A stretch of 64,000 nt of DNA, taken from NCBI RefSeq assembly GCF_009914755.1, contig NC_060941.1. One strand, given 5' to 3'. Under the pieces are notes generated by a model, which saw only the letters and a program-made list of their open reading frames with translations, searched no databases and was not told the DNA's origin. This stretch comes from the human T2T-CHM13v2.0 reference genome, Homo sapiens. The number at the start of each line of letters is the position of its first letter. Positions within the stretch are counted from its first letter, which is position 1. Made by a program: the position numbers and the translations under genes. Positions 45,828 to 64,000 of this stretch are shown piece by piece.

Positions 45828-46669
45828 CTGGGCAAAAAGAACAGTTAACGAGTGCTATTTAGTTACCTATTGTATTCCAACCACAAAGTATCCTGAAAAA
45901 ACCTACTACTCAAAAAAGTGCAGAAAAGTCTCCACAGTGAATGTTTTCATCAGCTGATATTATAAATGTCAATCAATTACTAATTAGGCTGAAAAGATGT
46001 CTTTTTAGTAAATGCACTATGCTAGTGATTTCCTAACCTAGCTAACATAAAAACTACCTCAGAAATCTGTATGAAAGAGGTTCCTAAACCATAAATGCAA
46101 AATCTCTTTTTTTTTTTTTTTTTTTTGAGACAGAGTCTCCCTCTGTTGCCCAGGCTGGAGTGCAGTGGTGCGATCTCGGCTCACTGCAAGCTCCGCCTCC
46201 CAAGTTCATGCCATTCTCCTGCCTCAGCCTCCTGAGTAGCTGCGACTATAGGCACCCGCCACCACGCCCGGCTAATTTTTTTTGTATTTTTAGTAGAGAC
46301 AGTGTTTCACTGTGTTAGCCAGGATTGTCTCCATCTCCTGACTTCGTGATCCACCCACCTGGGCCTCCCAAAGTGCTGGGATTACAGGAATAAACAACCA
46401 CGCCCGGCTGCAAATTCTCTATTTTTAATAAAACACCTATATAATAATAATGCAGCCAGAATTTGGTAACCACTACTTTAGTCTATTGTAAAAGATTCAG
46501 ATAAATACAAGTCCAGATGAGGTTTTGGAACGTTCCCTTATTATTATTATTATTACTTTTGAGACAGGGTTTCACTCCCATTACCCAGGATGGAGTACAA
46601 TTGTGCAATCTTGGCTCATTGCAATCTCTACCTCCCAGGATGAAGCCCCTCAGCTTCCCGAGCAGCTGA

Positions 46670-46942
<273 letters not shown>

Positions 46943-47349
46943 TGATCTGCCCGCCTCGGCCTCCCAAAGTGCTAGGATTACAGGCGTGAGCCACCGCTCC
47001 CGGCCACATCAGCCTAATTTTTGTATTTTTTTTTTGTAGAGACAGGATTTTGCCGGAGGATGAGGCAGAAGAATCGCTTGAACCTGGGAGGCAGAGGTTG
47101 CAGTCAGCCGAGATCGTGCCACTGCACTCCAGCCTGGGCAACAAGAGCAAAAAAAAAAAAAAGAAAAAAGAAAAGAAAAGGACAGGCAAGGTGGCTTGCG
47201 CCTGTAATCCCAGCACTTTGGGAGGCGGAGTAGGGTGGATCTCAAGGTCAAGAGATAAAGACCAATCTGGCCAACATGGTAAAACCCCGTCTCTACTAAA
47301 AATACAAAAATTATCTGGGCATGGTGGTGCACACCTACAGTCCCAGCTA

Positions 47350-47710
<361 letters not shown>

Positions 47711-47927
47711 TTATGATATTCTAAAAGTTCAAAATACCATTAAGAGTCTGTCACCCCGCCAGGCAAGGTGGCTCACGCCTGCAATCCTAGCACTTTGGGA
47801 GGCCGAGGCGGGTGGATCACGAGGTCAGGAGATCGAGACCATCCTGGCTAACATGGTGAAATCCCGTCTCTACTAAAAATACAAAAAATTAGCCAGGCAT
47901 GGTGGCAGGCGCCTGTAGTCCCAGCTA

Positions 47928-48220
<293 letters not shown>

Positions 48221-48615
48221 TGACACCACACCCAGCTAATTTTTGTATTTTTTTAGTAGAGATGGGGTTTCACCCTGTTGGCCAGGATGCTCTCGATCTC
48301 TTGACCTCGTGATCCACCTGCCTCGGCCTCCCAAAGTGCTGCTGGGATTAGACATGTGAAACACCACGCCCAGCCTCGTTTTTTTTTTTTTTTTTTTTTT
48401 TTTGAGACGGAATTTCGCTCTTGTTGCCCAGGCTGGAGTGCAGTGGCGCAATCTTGGCTCACTGCAACCTCTGCCTCCCGGGTTAAGTGATTCTCCTGCC
48501 TCAGCCTCCCAAGTAGCTGGGATTACAGGCATGTTCCACCACACCCAGCTAATTTTTATATTTTTAGTAGAGACGGGGTTTCACCATGTTATCCAGGCTG
48601 GTCTCAAACTCCTGA

Positions 48616-49057
<442 letters not shown>

Positions 49058-49238
49058 TGAGCCACCGCGCCCAGCCCATTTCTGAGATTTCTGTAATTTC
49101 CTGCCTTACTAAAGAAATAGGACATGATCCAGCAGTCTTGAAGAAACTTATCTGACCTCAATAATGCTATAAAGGAAGATTATGATCTTGGGTCCAAACA
49201 TAACCTACAACATTCTAGCTCCCTAGGGCTTTACTTAC

Positions 49239-49357
49239 AGCATAAAATCTCATGTTGTGATTCAAAGGTATGGGGTCAGGGTCCTTTGATAGCTCAAACT
49301 GAGTGATCAGTTCATACAGGGGTGCATAAGTTGGTTGAGTTTCAAACAATGGAATTC
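49239..49357 (-). CDS. MED1: MED1 coding exon (exon 13, 119 nt): IPLFETQPTYAPLYELITQFELSKDPDPIPLNHNMRFYA
   Basis: ttccag|GA ... CT|gtaagt. Phase 1/0. Contained in ORF 49215..49439. Confidence 0.95.
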
Positions 49358-49608
49358 CTGGAAAAACAAGAATCAATATAATGATCATGTTAAGATGAAA
49401 ACACTGACAGCTCAGTTTCCCCTTGATATCTACATTCATTCACCCAAAAGAGTACTTACTAAGCATTTACTAGTACAAAGCACTATAACATCTTTACCAG
49501 TAATACTTCAATGAGGCATGTAAGACTGAAAGACGTCATGATAACCTGACTTTGAAGTTTCTTTTTCACATTTATAACAAGTACTAGATCCTGATGCTCA
49601 AAACTCAC

Positions 49609-49733
49609 CTGTGCAGTTCTGCAGTTTCTGAACAAATGCTCTAGATACTGGGATTGGCTGGGGAAATTTCAAGAAGAAACAGGCAGGAAGATCAACACTG
49701 TTGGCACTGGTGATTGAGGAGAAGGAAGGGGTC
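49609..49733 (-). CDS. MED1: MED1 coding exon (exon 12, 125 nt): TPSFSSITSANSVDLPACFFLKFPQPIPVSRAFVQKLQNCT(G)
   Basis: tttttgaag|G (AAG acceptor) ... AG|gtgagt. Phase 2/1. Confidence 0.92.
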
Positions 49734-49785
49734 CTTCAAAAAAAAGAGGGTGGAAGGGTTGGATTCTGACTTGATATAAAAATGA

Positions 49786-50013
<228 letters not shown>

Positions 50014-50538
50014 TGAACTCCTGACCTCAGGTGTTCCACTTGCCTCAGCCTCCCAAAGTGCTGGGATTACAGGCGTGAGCCACCATGCCTGGCCACAAAC
50101 ACCTATTCTTAAACATGTATGTATCACACAGACACATAAGTACAAACTCTCAAAAGCTCACTCTGTGAAACTTCCTACCCCCAATTCCCAGACATGCTAT
50201 TGGTTAACACTGTAGAATTTAATCAAACATTTATCCTGAGGCATGTTCTCCAGTTATTACTCCAATGTAACTAATGAACGTAAGATAAAAGGGGGCACTC
50301 ATTAAGCCAGAGGAATTAGCACAGTTCTCTTCTTTCCCTTTCAGTGCAGAGAATGTGTTCTACGAGCCGACTTTGGAGAGGAACACTCAGATATCAAACA
50401 AAAGAGAAACCAATGAATGGATAAAACAAAAGGCCAACCTCTAGAAATTCAAGTGGGGTAACAGCCAGGTTAAAACTTGTTACATACTGCGCTTTGAGAA
50501 AAATTGACTTTGCTACTCTAAAATTATATTTAACTTAC

Positions 50539-50650
50539 CATTTATTGTCAACTGGATGTGACCCCATAATTAATGGTGCAATTGGGAGTTTGTACACAGC
50601 AGATGTTCCTTCAATTGTCACTGATGCATTCATGCCCAAAGATCGAGAAA
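50539..50650 (-). CDS. MED1: MED1 coding exon (exon 11, 112 nt): SRSLGMNASVTIEGTSAVYKLPIAPLIMGSHPVDNK(W)
   Basis: ccccag|TT ... TG|gtaagt. Phase 1/2. Confidence 0.93.
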
Positions 50651-50660
50651 CTGGGGATAG

Positions 50661-51083
<423 letters not shown>

Positions 51084-51607
51084 TGAATCACTGCGCCCAG
51101 CCTATTTATTTATTTTTTTATTGGAGGCAGAGTCTCACTCTGTCCAGACTGGAATGCAGTGGTGTGATCTCGACTCACTGCAATCTCCACCTCCCAGGTT
51201 CAAGAAATTTTCATGCCTCAGCCTCCCACGTACATGGCATTACAGGAATGCACCACCATGCCTGGCTAATTTTTTTGTATGTTTTGTAGAGATGGGGGTT
51301 TCATCAGGTTGGCCAGGCTGGTCTCAAACTCCTGGCCTAAAGTTGATCCACCCATCTCAGCCTCCCACAGTGCTGAAATTACAGGCATGAACCACCAGGC
51401 ACGGCCTGTAGTTCCTATAAAACTTAGAAATCAGGCCAGGTGTGATGGCTCATGCCTGTAATCTCAGCACTTTGGGAGGCTGAGGCGGGTGGATCACAAG
51501 GTCAGGGGTTCAAGACCAGCCTGCAGAAGACGGTGAAACCGCATCTCTACTAAAAACACAAAAATTAGCCAGGTGTGGTGACAGGCGCCTGTAATCCCAG
51601 CTACTCA

Positions 51608-51748
<141 letters not shown>

Positions 51749-52144
51749 TTACCTTTCTAATCAACCAATAATTTTTGTCAGTAAATAAAACACAAGAAAC
51801 AATGCAGTCCAAAAACATCATTTTTGAAGGGTTCAGTATCAATATTTACTTATTTTTTCTTCAGAATGCATTTAAGTAGGATCATAATAAAAGGACAGGC
51901 TGGTGCACTGGCTCACACCTGTAATCCTAGCACTTTGGGAGGCCAAGGCGGGAGGATGGCTTGAGCCCAGGACTTCGGGGGCTGTAGTGAGCTGTGATCA
52001 AATCACTGTACGCCAGCCTGGGCAACACAGTGAGACCTACCCCGTCCCCCATGCCAAATTATAATAACAATAAAGGAGCCTGACGCCAAGGCTCGCACCT
52101 GTAATCCTAGCACTTTCGGAGGCCAAGACAGGTGGATCACTTCA

Positions 52145-52405
<261 letters not shown>

Positions 52406-52465
52406 TCAATGAGTGAAGCTACAAAGGGACCTAAGGAGGTATTAGTCCATTTCACTTTTTTTTGA

Positions 52466-52570
<105 letters not shown>

Positions 52571-52844
52571 TGAGTAGCTGGGATTACAAGCATGGGCCAT
52601 CACGCCTGGCTAATTTTGTATTTTTAGTAGAGACAGGGTTTCTCCATGTTGGTCAGGCTGGTCTCGAACTCCTGACCTCAGGTGATTCGCCCACCTCAGC
52701 CTCCCAAAGTGCTGGGATTACAGGCATGAGCCACCGCGCCCGGCAGTCTATCTCTCTTTATCTTTTCTTGTATCAAGGGCAAACAGAAAATAATGTCCAT
52801 TACCATAGTTCTTTAATTTAGAAAACTTCACTTTTTTTTTGATC

Positions 52845-52995
52845 AGTAACTCACTACGTTGCCCAGGCTGGAGTACCATGACTATTTACATGCACGATCA
52901 TGGTATGCTACAGTCTCAAACTCCTGGGCTCAAGCAATCCTCCCGCCCAAACCTCCCAAGTAGCTAGGACTACAGGCATAAACTACCAGGCCCAT
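52845..52995 (-). mobile_element. FAM-like fossil Alu monomer (7SL-derived)
   Basis: Monomeric Alu retaining the 7SL-type ctatt(t/c)aca..gcacgatca segment that dimeric Alus lack. Confidence 0.55.
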
Positions 52996-53612
52996 CCTTC
53001 TACACTTTTTAAACAATGAGTAAGCTGATTATCTCAGGTCAGATCGTTTATATCTCTTCTTATGAGTTGCTCATTTACTTATTTATTCAAAAGTACTTTT
53101 TTTCTTTTTTTGAGATGGAGTCTCGCTCTGTCACCCAGACTGGAGTGCAGTGACGCAATCTTGACTCACTGCAACCTCCTCCTCCCGGGTTCAAGCAATT
53201 CTCTTGCCTTAGCCTCCTGAGTAGCTGGGATTACAGGCGCGTACCACCATGCTTGGGTAATTTTTGTATTTTTAGTAGAGACAGGGTTTCACCATGTTGG
53301 TCAGGCTGGTCTCCAAGTCCTGACCTCGTGATCTGCCCACCTCAGCCTCCCAAAGTGCTGGGATTACAGGCGTGAGCCACCGTGCCCAGCCCAAAAGTAC
53401 TTATTAAGCTCCTATTATGTATGTGTGTATATATGCATGTGTGTATATACATATGTATGTACTTGTGAACACACATATACGTGTGTGAGGTGTTGTGTGT
53501 ATAAGGTGCAAATGGTAAGGTCAACAAACTCATTAGAGAATAGCAAACCAGAAATTAAAGGCAAGCTGGGCACCGAACAAAACCTTTAATTCCTTTACAA
53601 TTAAAGTCTTAC

Positions 53613-53702
53613 CATTATTCTCATGCAAAATGATGGGAGATGCAGTCTTGTCATCCAGTAGGTCAGAAGGAGAGACATAGTACTTCAGGTTCATTAAATG
53701 AC
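53613..53702 (-). CDS. MED1: MED1 coding exon (exon 10, 90 nt): HLMNLKYYVSPSDLLDDKTASPIILHENN(V)
   Basis: ttttatag|GT ... G|gtaaga. Phase 1/1. Confidence 0.93.
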
Positions 53703-54661
53703 CTATAAAAAATAAAACTCATAACTGTATCTTTATCAGGTAAATTACAAACACAGAAAAACATTAACATTTATTATATAAACCGATATTCAAGAAAGTA
53801 CTTTAACATATATGAAGAGTCATGCTCCAAAACAGCTTATGAAATATGGCAGGTGTGGTGACTCACACCTGTAATCCTGGCTCTCTGGGAGGCTCCGGCA
53901 AGAGGATCACTTGAGTCCAGGAGTTTGAGACTAGCATGGTCAACACAGTCAGACTCCACCTCTAAAAATAATAATAATAGGCCGGGCGCGATGGCTAATG
54001 CCTGTAATCCTAGCACTTTGGGAGGTGAAGATGGTGAATCACCTGAGGAGAGAAGTTCAAGACCAGCCTGGCCAACATGGTGAAACCCCATCTCTACTAA
54101 AAATACAAAAAATTGGCCAGGTGCGGTGGCTCATGCCTGTAATCCCACAACTTTGGGAGGCCAAGGCAGGCGGATCACAAGGTCAGGATATTGAGACCAT
54201 CCTGACTAACATGGTGAAACCCCATCTTGACTAAAAATACAAAAAACTAGCTGGGCATGGTGGCACGCGCCTGTAGTCCCAGCTATGCAGGAGGCTGAGG
54301 CAGAAGAATCGCTTGAACCCAGGAAGCGGAGGTTACAGTGAGCTGAGATCATGCCACTGCACTCCAGCCCTGGCAACAGAGGGAGACTCCGTCTCAAAAA
54401 TAATAATAATAATAATTAGCCTGGCATGCTGGTGAGTGCCCGTAGTCCCAGCTACTCAGGAAGTTAAGGTGGGAGGTCAAGGATACAATGAGCCGTGATT
54501 GTGCCACTGCACTCCAGCCTGGAAGGCAGAGCAAGACCCCGTCTCAAAAAGTAAAAATAAAAAATAAAGAAATATGACAGGCGCTTGGGTGTGGTGGCAC
54601 ACACCTGTAATCCCAGCACTTTGGGAGGCCAAGGTGGGCAGATCACGAGGTCAGGAGATCA

Positions 54662-54916
<255 letters not shown>

Positions 54917-55309
54917 TTATTTCACACAATTGATTTAAAAAAAAAAAAAGGCCAGGTGAACTGGCTCACGCTTATAATCCCAACACTTTGGGAGGCTGAG
55001 GCTGGAGGATCACTTGAAGCCAGGAGTTCAAGTCTATAGTGAGTTATGACTGCACCACTGCACTCTAGCCTAGGCAACACAGTGAGACCCCCATCTCTAA
55101 AAAAATTGTTAAAGTTACCCAGGCATGGTGGCACTTGACTGAAGTCCTAGCTACTCAGGGGGCTGAGGTGGGAAGATCACTTAAGCCCAAGAGTTAAGGG
55201 CTGAAGTGAGCTATGTTTCTGCCACTGTACTTCAGCCAGAGGGACATAGCAAGGCTCTGTCTCAAAAAGATAACAAACAAAAATGGGGAGGACAGGTATT
55301 GACAGCTTA

Positions 55310-55612
<303 letters not shown>

Positions 55613-56029
55613 CTAAAAAAAAAAAAAAAAAAAAAAAAAAGGAAGAAATCATCACAAAATACACAAATATCTGGCAATTTTCTCCCTCTGCTTATATGTT
55701 TATAAACCCCAAGATGAGGCCGGGCGCAGTGGCTTATGCTTATAATCCCAACCCTTTGCAATGCAGTGGCAGGAAGATCACTTGATCCCAGTTCAAGACC
55801 AGCCTAGGCAACACAGTAAGACCATGTCTCTATAAAACAACAAAAATTAGCCAGGCATGGTATCCTGTACCTGTAGTCCAAGCTACTCAGGAAACTGAGT
55901 TAGGGGGATTATTTGGGCCCAGGAGGTTGAGGCTGGAGTGAGTCATGATTGCACGACTGCACTCCAGCCTGGGCAACACAGCAAGACCCTGTCTCAAAAA
56001 TAAATAAATAGGGATTGGTGCAGTGGCTA

Positions 56030-56338
<309 letters not shown>

Positions 56339-56385
56339 TCATGCCTGTAATCCCAGCACTTTGGGAGGCTGAGGCGGGCAGATCA

Positions 56386-56781
<396 letters not shown>

Positions 56782-57026
56782 TTAGCTGGCTATTGTGGTG
56801 CACACCTGTAATCCCAGCTACTCAGGAGGCTGAGGCATGAGATTCACTTGAGCCCAGGAGGTGGAAGGAGCAGTAAGCCGAGATCATGCCACTGCACTCC
56901 AGCCTGGGCAACAAAGTGAGACTCTGTCTCAAAAAAATAAACAAACAAACTAAAGGTGAAATGAAAAGTAATGACCCTCAACTTAAATTACACATGTTTC
57001 TAAACAAGCAAAATAGGATCACGTAC

Positions 57027-57100
57027 CCCCACTCCTTGGTGTGAGATAGCCAACACTTCCATGAAGAATCTTATCCAAGGGACCAGCATTAGTTGCTTTC
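57027..57100 (-). CDS. MED1: MED1 coding exon (exon 9, 74 nt): KATNAGPLDKILHGSVGYLTPRSG(G)
   Basis: ttacag|G ... G|gtacgt. Phase 2/1. Confidence 0.93.
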
Positions 57101-57207
57101 CTGTAAGACAAGTGATCTATGTTTGCTTATATTTAATCCCTGATGGTCTTGGTACACACTGTGATATTGAGTTCACCTCTCCGAAGTCTTGTCTTTTTTT
57201 TTTTTGA

Positions 57208-57426
<219 letters not shown>

Positions 57427-57852
57427 TGATCCGCCCGCCTCGGCCTCCCAAAGTGCTGGGATTACAGGCGTGAGCCACCGCGCCCAGCCCAAAGTCTTAT
57501 AATACTATCATAATGGTTCTGTCTTGTAATTGGGCATATAGCAAATGTATTTCACCTCCAAAGTAAAGGGATTATTTCCAAGTACACACCAGTATGTAGT
57601 ATGGTGAACAAAAATTACACTTAGACTATTATTTCTCAGATGGGACTCCAGGTCTGATGAGTCTTGAGATAAAACCTATGGTAACCAACAACTTAGCGAT
57701 ACTGATACTCAGAAGTTCAAATACAATCATCATTTTGGAAGAGAAAGGACATATTATCATACAGGCTTAATAGAGATGTATAAAATAGGACCCTAATCTC
57801 CCCAGAGAAAAACTCAAGGGATCATGTAGAATTAAGGTTTTAGCAGTCTTAC

Positions 57853-57927
57853 CAGTACATAATTGCCATTTTAGAAAGATCTTGTTCTAAGGATTGGAGA
57901 GCCAAGTACATTTTAGTCTTCAGTTTG
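57853..57927 (-). CDS. MED1: MED1 coding exon (exon 8, 75 nt): KLKTKMYLALQSLEQDLSKMAIMY(W)
   Basis: ctccag|C ... TG|gtaaga. Phase 2/2, open frame continuous with neighbours. Confidence 0.93.
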
Positions 57928-57991
57928 CTGGAGAGTAGATGAGAAGAACATGAGTTAATAGTTGAAAAATATGACCAAGCGGGGTGGCTCA

Positions 57992-58755
<764 letters not shown>

Positions 58756-58995
58756 TCACGTGAGGTCAGGAGTTTGAGACCAGCCTGACCAACATGGTAA
58801 AACCCTGTCTCTACTAGAAATACAAAAATTAGCCAGGTGGCTGGGCGCAATGTCTCACGCCTATAATCCAAGCACTCTGGGAGGCCATGGCGGGTGGATC
58901 AAGGTCAGGAGTTCGAGACCAGCCTGGCCAAGATGGTGAAACCCCACCTCTACTAAAAATGCAAAACTTAGCCAGGTCAGTGGTGGGCGCCTTTA

Positions 58996-59308
<313 letters not shown>

Positions 59309-59631
59309 TTAAAACATTAATTCTTGACTGGACCTCAGGTGGTCCACCCACCTCAGCCTCCCAAAGTGGCCAGGATTAAAGGAGTGAGCCACTGTGCCCA
59401 GCCTAAAACATTAATTTTTAAAATAAATTTTTTTTGTTACTATATATATATATATATATACACACATATTTTTTCTTTTTTTTTGAGACAGCATCTCGCT
59501 CTGTCAACCAGGCTGGAGCACAGTGACGCAATCACTGCTCACTGCACCCTCAAACTACTAGTTTGAAGTGATCGTCCCACCTTAGCCTCCGAAGTAGCTG
59601 GGACTACATGCACCCATCACCACCCATCTAA

Positions 59632-59781
<150 letters not shown>

Positions 59782-60161
59782 TAAAGCCTATTTTTAGCAC
59801 TTCAAAGCTTATTTTTATCTCTGTTTTAAAAAGCCAAATACGTTAATAGAATCCCAGGTAGGTTAAAAATAGAATTAAAGCCAGTTCCACAGCAACTAAT
59901 TCCTTTCAGCCTAGAAATTGGAATGTTGGACATCTCAAAGATTATATTCTGTCTTCCAGCATTATGATCGATTAATGCAGGTGCTGCCTATTGAAGATAT
60001 CTTTGAAAGGCCCAATGTTGGAAGCTGAGCTACAGATTGCAGTATAAGTAGAAACTAGGAGTGACAAACAGCAGAAGAGGTGGCAAATTTCTAGGCATAA
60101 GGTGGCTTATAGATTTATACTGATTTTTACAAACAAAAGCAAAAATATTAAAAATACTTAC

Positions 60162-60233
60162 TTGTCCCCTGGAAGGTTATACAGATTAACAAGGCCCTTA
60201 AGGTGCTTAGAAAATTCATCAAAATTTTTTTCC
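60162..60233 (-). CDS. MED1: MED1 coding exon (exon 7, 72 nt): (R)EKNFDEFSKHLKGLVNLYNLPGD(N)
   Basis: Acceptor ttatag|G and donor AA|gtaagt. Phase 2/2, and it splices in frame to the next exon. Peptide recognised as MED1 N-terminal domain. Confidence 0.93.
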
Positions 60234-61578
60234 CTATAAGGAGTTCAGGGAAGAGGGGAAAGAGAGGAAAATAAAACATAAAATTACTACTCAATCTTAC
60301 AACAAAGTGCCAAAAATCACAGCTATATAAAACTGATTTTAATAATCAGCTTTAACCATTTTCCTCAAAAGTTTTCTAGCATCAATGTAAAGCAGCAAAA
60401 GAAAAGAAAATATTTTCCTTTGTCTCCCTCCTCCATTTTTTCTGGAGAAGGTGCTAATAAGCAGTGTGAAAGTTAAAAGGAAGGTGGGCAAAATCTCTTT
60501 ACCAGGTGTTTTATTAGCTCCCAAGCAATGAAACCTGATTTAAATCAATCATTAACAACTTTCCTTTCTTTTCCCTTTTTATTAATTTTTTTGTAGAGAC
60601 GGGGTTTCCCGATGTTGCCCAGGCCAGACTCTAACTCCAGGACTTCAGCAATGCTCTCACTTCAACCTCTCACCTTCAACAACAGGTGTGCACCACCACA
60701 CCCAGCTCCTTTCCTCCAAATATGTAACTGAATTTGGATGTCAACAAAAATAAAACTTTTGATTGCAGAGATAATAAGAAGAAAATAAATTAGGAAGGGC
60801 CAGGCACACTCCTCGCGCCTGTAATCCCAGCACTTTGGGAGGCCAAGGTGGGTGGATCATGAGGTTAGGAGATCGAGACCATCCTGGCTAGCATGGTGAA
60901 ACCCCATCTCTATTAAAAATACAAAAAAAAATTAGCCGAGTGTGGTGGCGGGCACCTGTAGTCCCAGCTACTCAGGAGGCTGAGGCAGGAGAACAGCATG
61001 AACCAAGAAGGCGGAGCTTGCAGTGAGCCGAGATCGCGCCACTGCACTCCAGCCTGGGCAACAGAGCAAGACTGTGTGTCAGAAAAAGAAAATAAATTGG
61101 GAAGACACAACACTTGTGGGTATACAGCAACATGAGAGCAAAGATGAGAGGGAAAACAAATACTAGGACAGAGATGGAGACCCAGAGAAAAGGTAGTGGG
61201 TACTCTCGAGGCAAAATACCCATTAGAAAATATTGCTACGACCAGATCTACCCTAGAAAACATAAACTACTACCGTGACCTCTGGCTTTCTAGGACCCAA
61301 TATTCAGGCTTCGATTGTCGGACAAATGGGCTTTTGTGGATAGGTTTAGGAATCCAATACATCTCCACAATTCTAACTCTTGATATCTTTTTTCAAACTT
61401 GAAAAAAAAAGCTCTCTGGAAAGCTAAACTGCCATGACAATGTCAGACACTTGAGCAGACATTCTGTGAGCATTTACTGAGCACTTACAGTCAACAGTGC
61501 TATTAAGACAGCAAAAAGAAACGAGTAGCAGCAAAATATATTCTTTAACTTAATATTACCATCTATACTAAATGGTAA

Positions 61579-61794
<216 letters not shown>

Positions 61795-61813
61795 TAGTAG
61801 ACATAAGGTTTCA

Positions 61814-62053
<240 letters not shown>

Positions 62054-62056
62054 TCA

Positions 62057-62332
<276 letters not shown>

Positions 62333-62863
62333 TCAATGTGAACACTCTAAGACATCCTCATGTGGTGCCTGAGAACTTCGCAATGCTCAAAACAAAGTGT
62401 ATGTAATAACTTCCTTAAATTCCCCAAAAGTCTTAACTCTGAGTTTAAATTTAAGTACAGAAATTTCCACTCAATTAAAAGAAAAGTGAAAAAATCCACT
62501 ATCTGCTAAAAGCGACTGTCTTCAAGCCTAGCACTTTTACTGTAACACACATGTACCTTCTAAATGAAACAATTTTTCCCAAAATCAAAGCGAAAAAGTT
62601 ATTTTCATGGTATCATACTCAATTATCAAGCCTTCACTGATTCAATGATTACCTTCTATTTATTTTGTTCCACACATAATTCTTTATTATTTTTTTTTTT
62701 GAGACAGTCTCACTCCGTCACCCAGGCTGGAATGCAGTGATGTGATCCCAGCTCACTGCAACCTCCACCTCCCAGGCTCAAGCCATCTTGTGCCTCAGCC
62801 TCCTGAGTAGCTGGGATTACACGTGTGAGCCACTATGCTCAGCTACTTTTTTTTTTTTTTTGA

Positions 62864-63171
<308 letters not shown>

Positions 63172-63314
63172 TAGAGACAGGGTTTCGCCAGGCTGGCTAG
63201 GCTGGTCTTGAACTCTTGGCCTCAAGTGATCTGCTCACTTCGACCTCCCAAATTGTTGGGATTATAGGCATGAGCCACCGCCCCCAGCTATATGAAATTC
63301 CTAAACCTAGATCA

Positions 63315-63498
63315 CCAATTCCCAACCAGGGGTGATTTTGTGCCCCAGGGGACATGGTTGTAACAACTAAGGAGATACTACTAGCAACTAATGAAGAGGC
63401 CAGGGATGCTATTAAACATAATAGAATGCACCAGGCCACCCGGGAGCAAAGAATTTTCCAATCCAAATTGTCATTAGTACCAAGTTTAAGAGACCCTG
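63315..63498 (+). mobile_element. MER20-like hAT DNA transposon
   Basis: caggggtgattttgtgccccaggggacat ... gaggccagggatgctattaaacat ... gagaccctg. Confidence 0.65.
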
Positions 63499-63554
63499 GG
63501 ATATCTTTCTGTTGGGAATCTGAATCAAAATAAGAAAAAAAAAATTAAAACTTA

Positions 63555-63844
<290 letters not shown>

Positions 63845-64000
63845 TCACCAAAAAAATAAAAATAAAAATAAAAAAACAGAAAAGGGGCCAGGTGCTCAGT
63901 GAGCCGAGACCGCACCATTATACTCCAGACTAGGTAACAAGAACAAAACTCCATCTCAAAAAAAAACAGAAAAGAAAAGAAAAGGGTCCAGCATGGTGGC

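Noticed and set aside
53418-53500. (TG/TA)-rich low-complexity tract, plus other short STRs (TAAAA at ~2030, AT at ~59441)
   Set aside because: Ordinary degenerate microsatellites or Alu tails.

Overview
Primate, almost certainly human, genomic DNA. By gene content this is the FBXL20-MED1 region of 17q12. It is extremely Alu-dense, so nearly all short ORFs in the supplied track are Alu artefacts. Two genes lie in tandem on the minus strand. (1) The 3' part of MED1 (Mediator subunit 1/TRAP220): 11 coding exons that I could splice into one continuous frame (exons 7-17 by standard numbering), ending in a 3.25-kb terminal coding exon (LXXLL motifs and Ser-rich IDR) and a ~3.2-kb 3'UTR. (2) The CpG-island promoter and two alternative first coding exons of FBXL20 (SCRAPPER), followed by ~27 kb of intron 1. 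Most notable observations: a chain of three overlapping uORFs (TAATGTAATG stop/start overlaps covering all three frames, the last encoding GGC-repeat poly-glycine) ahead of the distal FBXL20 start; an intra-exonic splice in MED1 that removes the LXXLL motifs, the IDR, a miRNA-site cluster and a G4 tract together; a palindrome holding the MED1 poly(A) signal; a candidate poison exon in FBXL20 intron 1; and nested, inverted or duplicated repeats with visible TSDs. There are no prokaryote-type systems such as CRISPR. Gene and repeat names come from recognition, not database searches.
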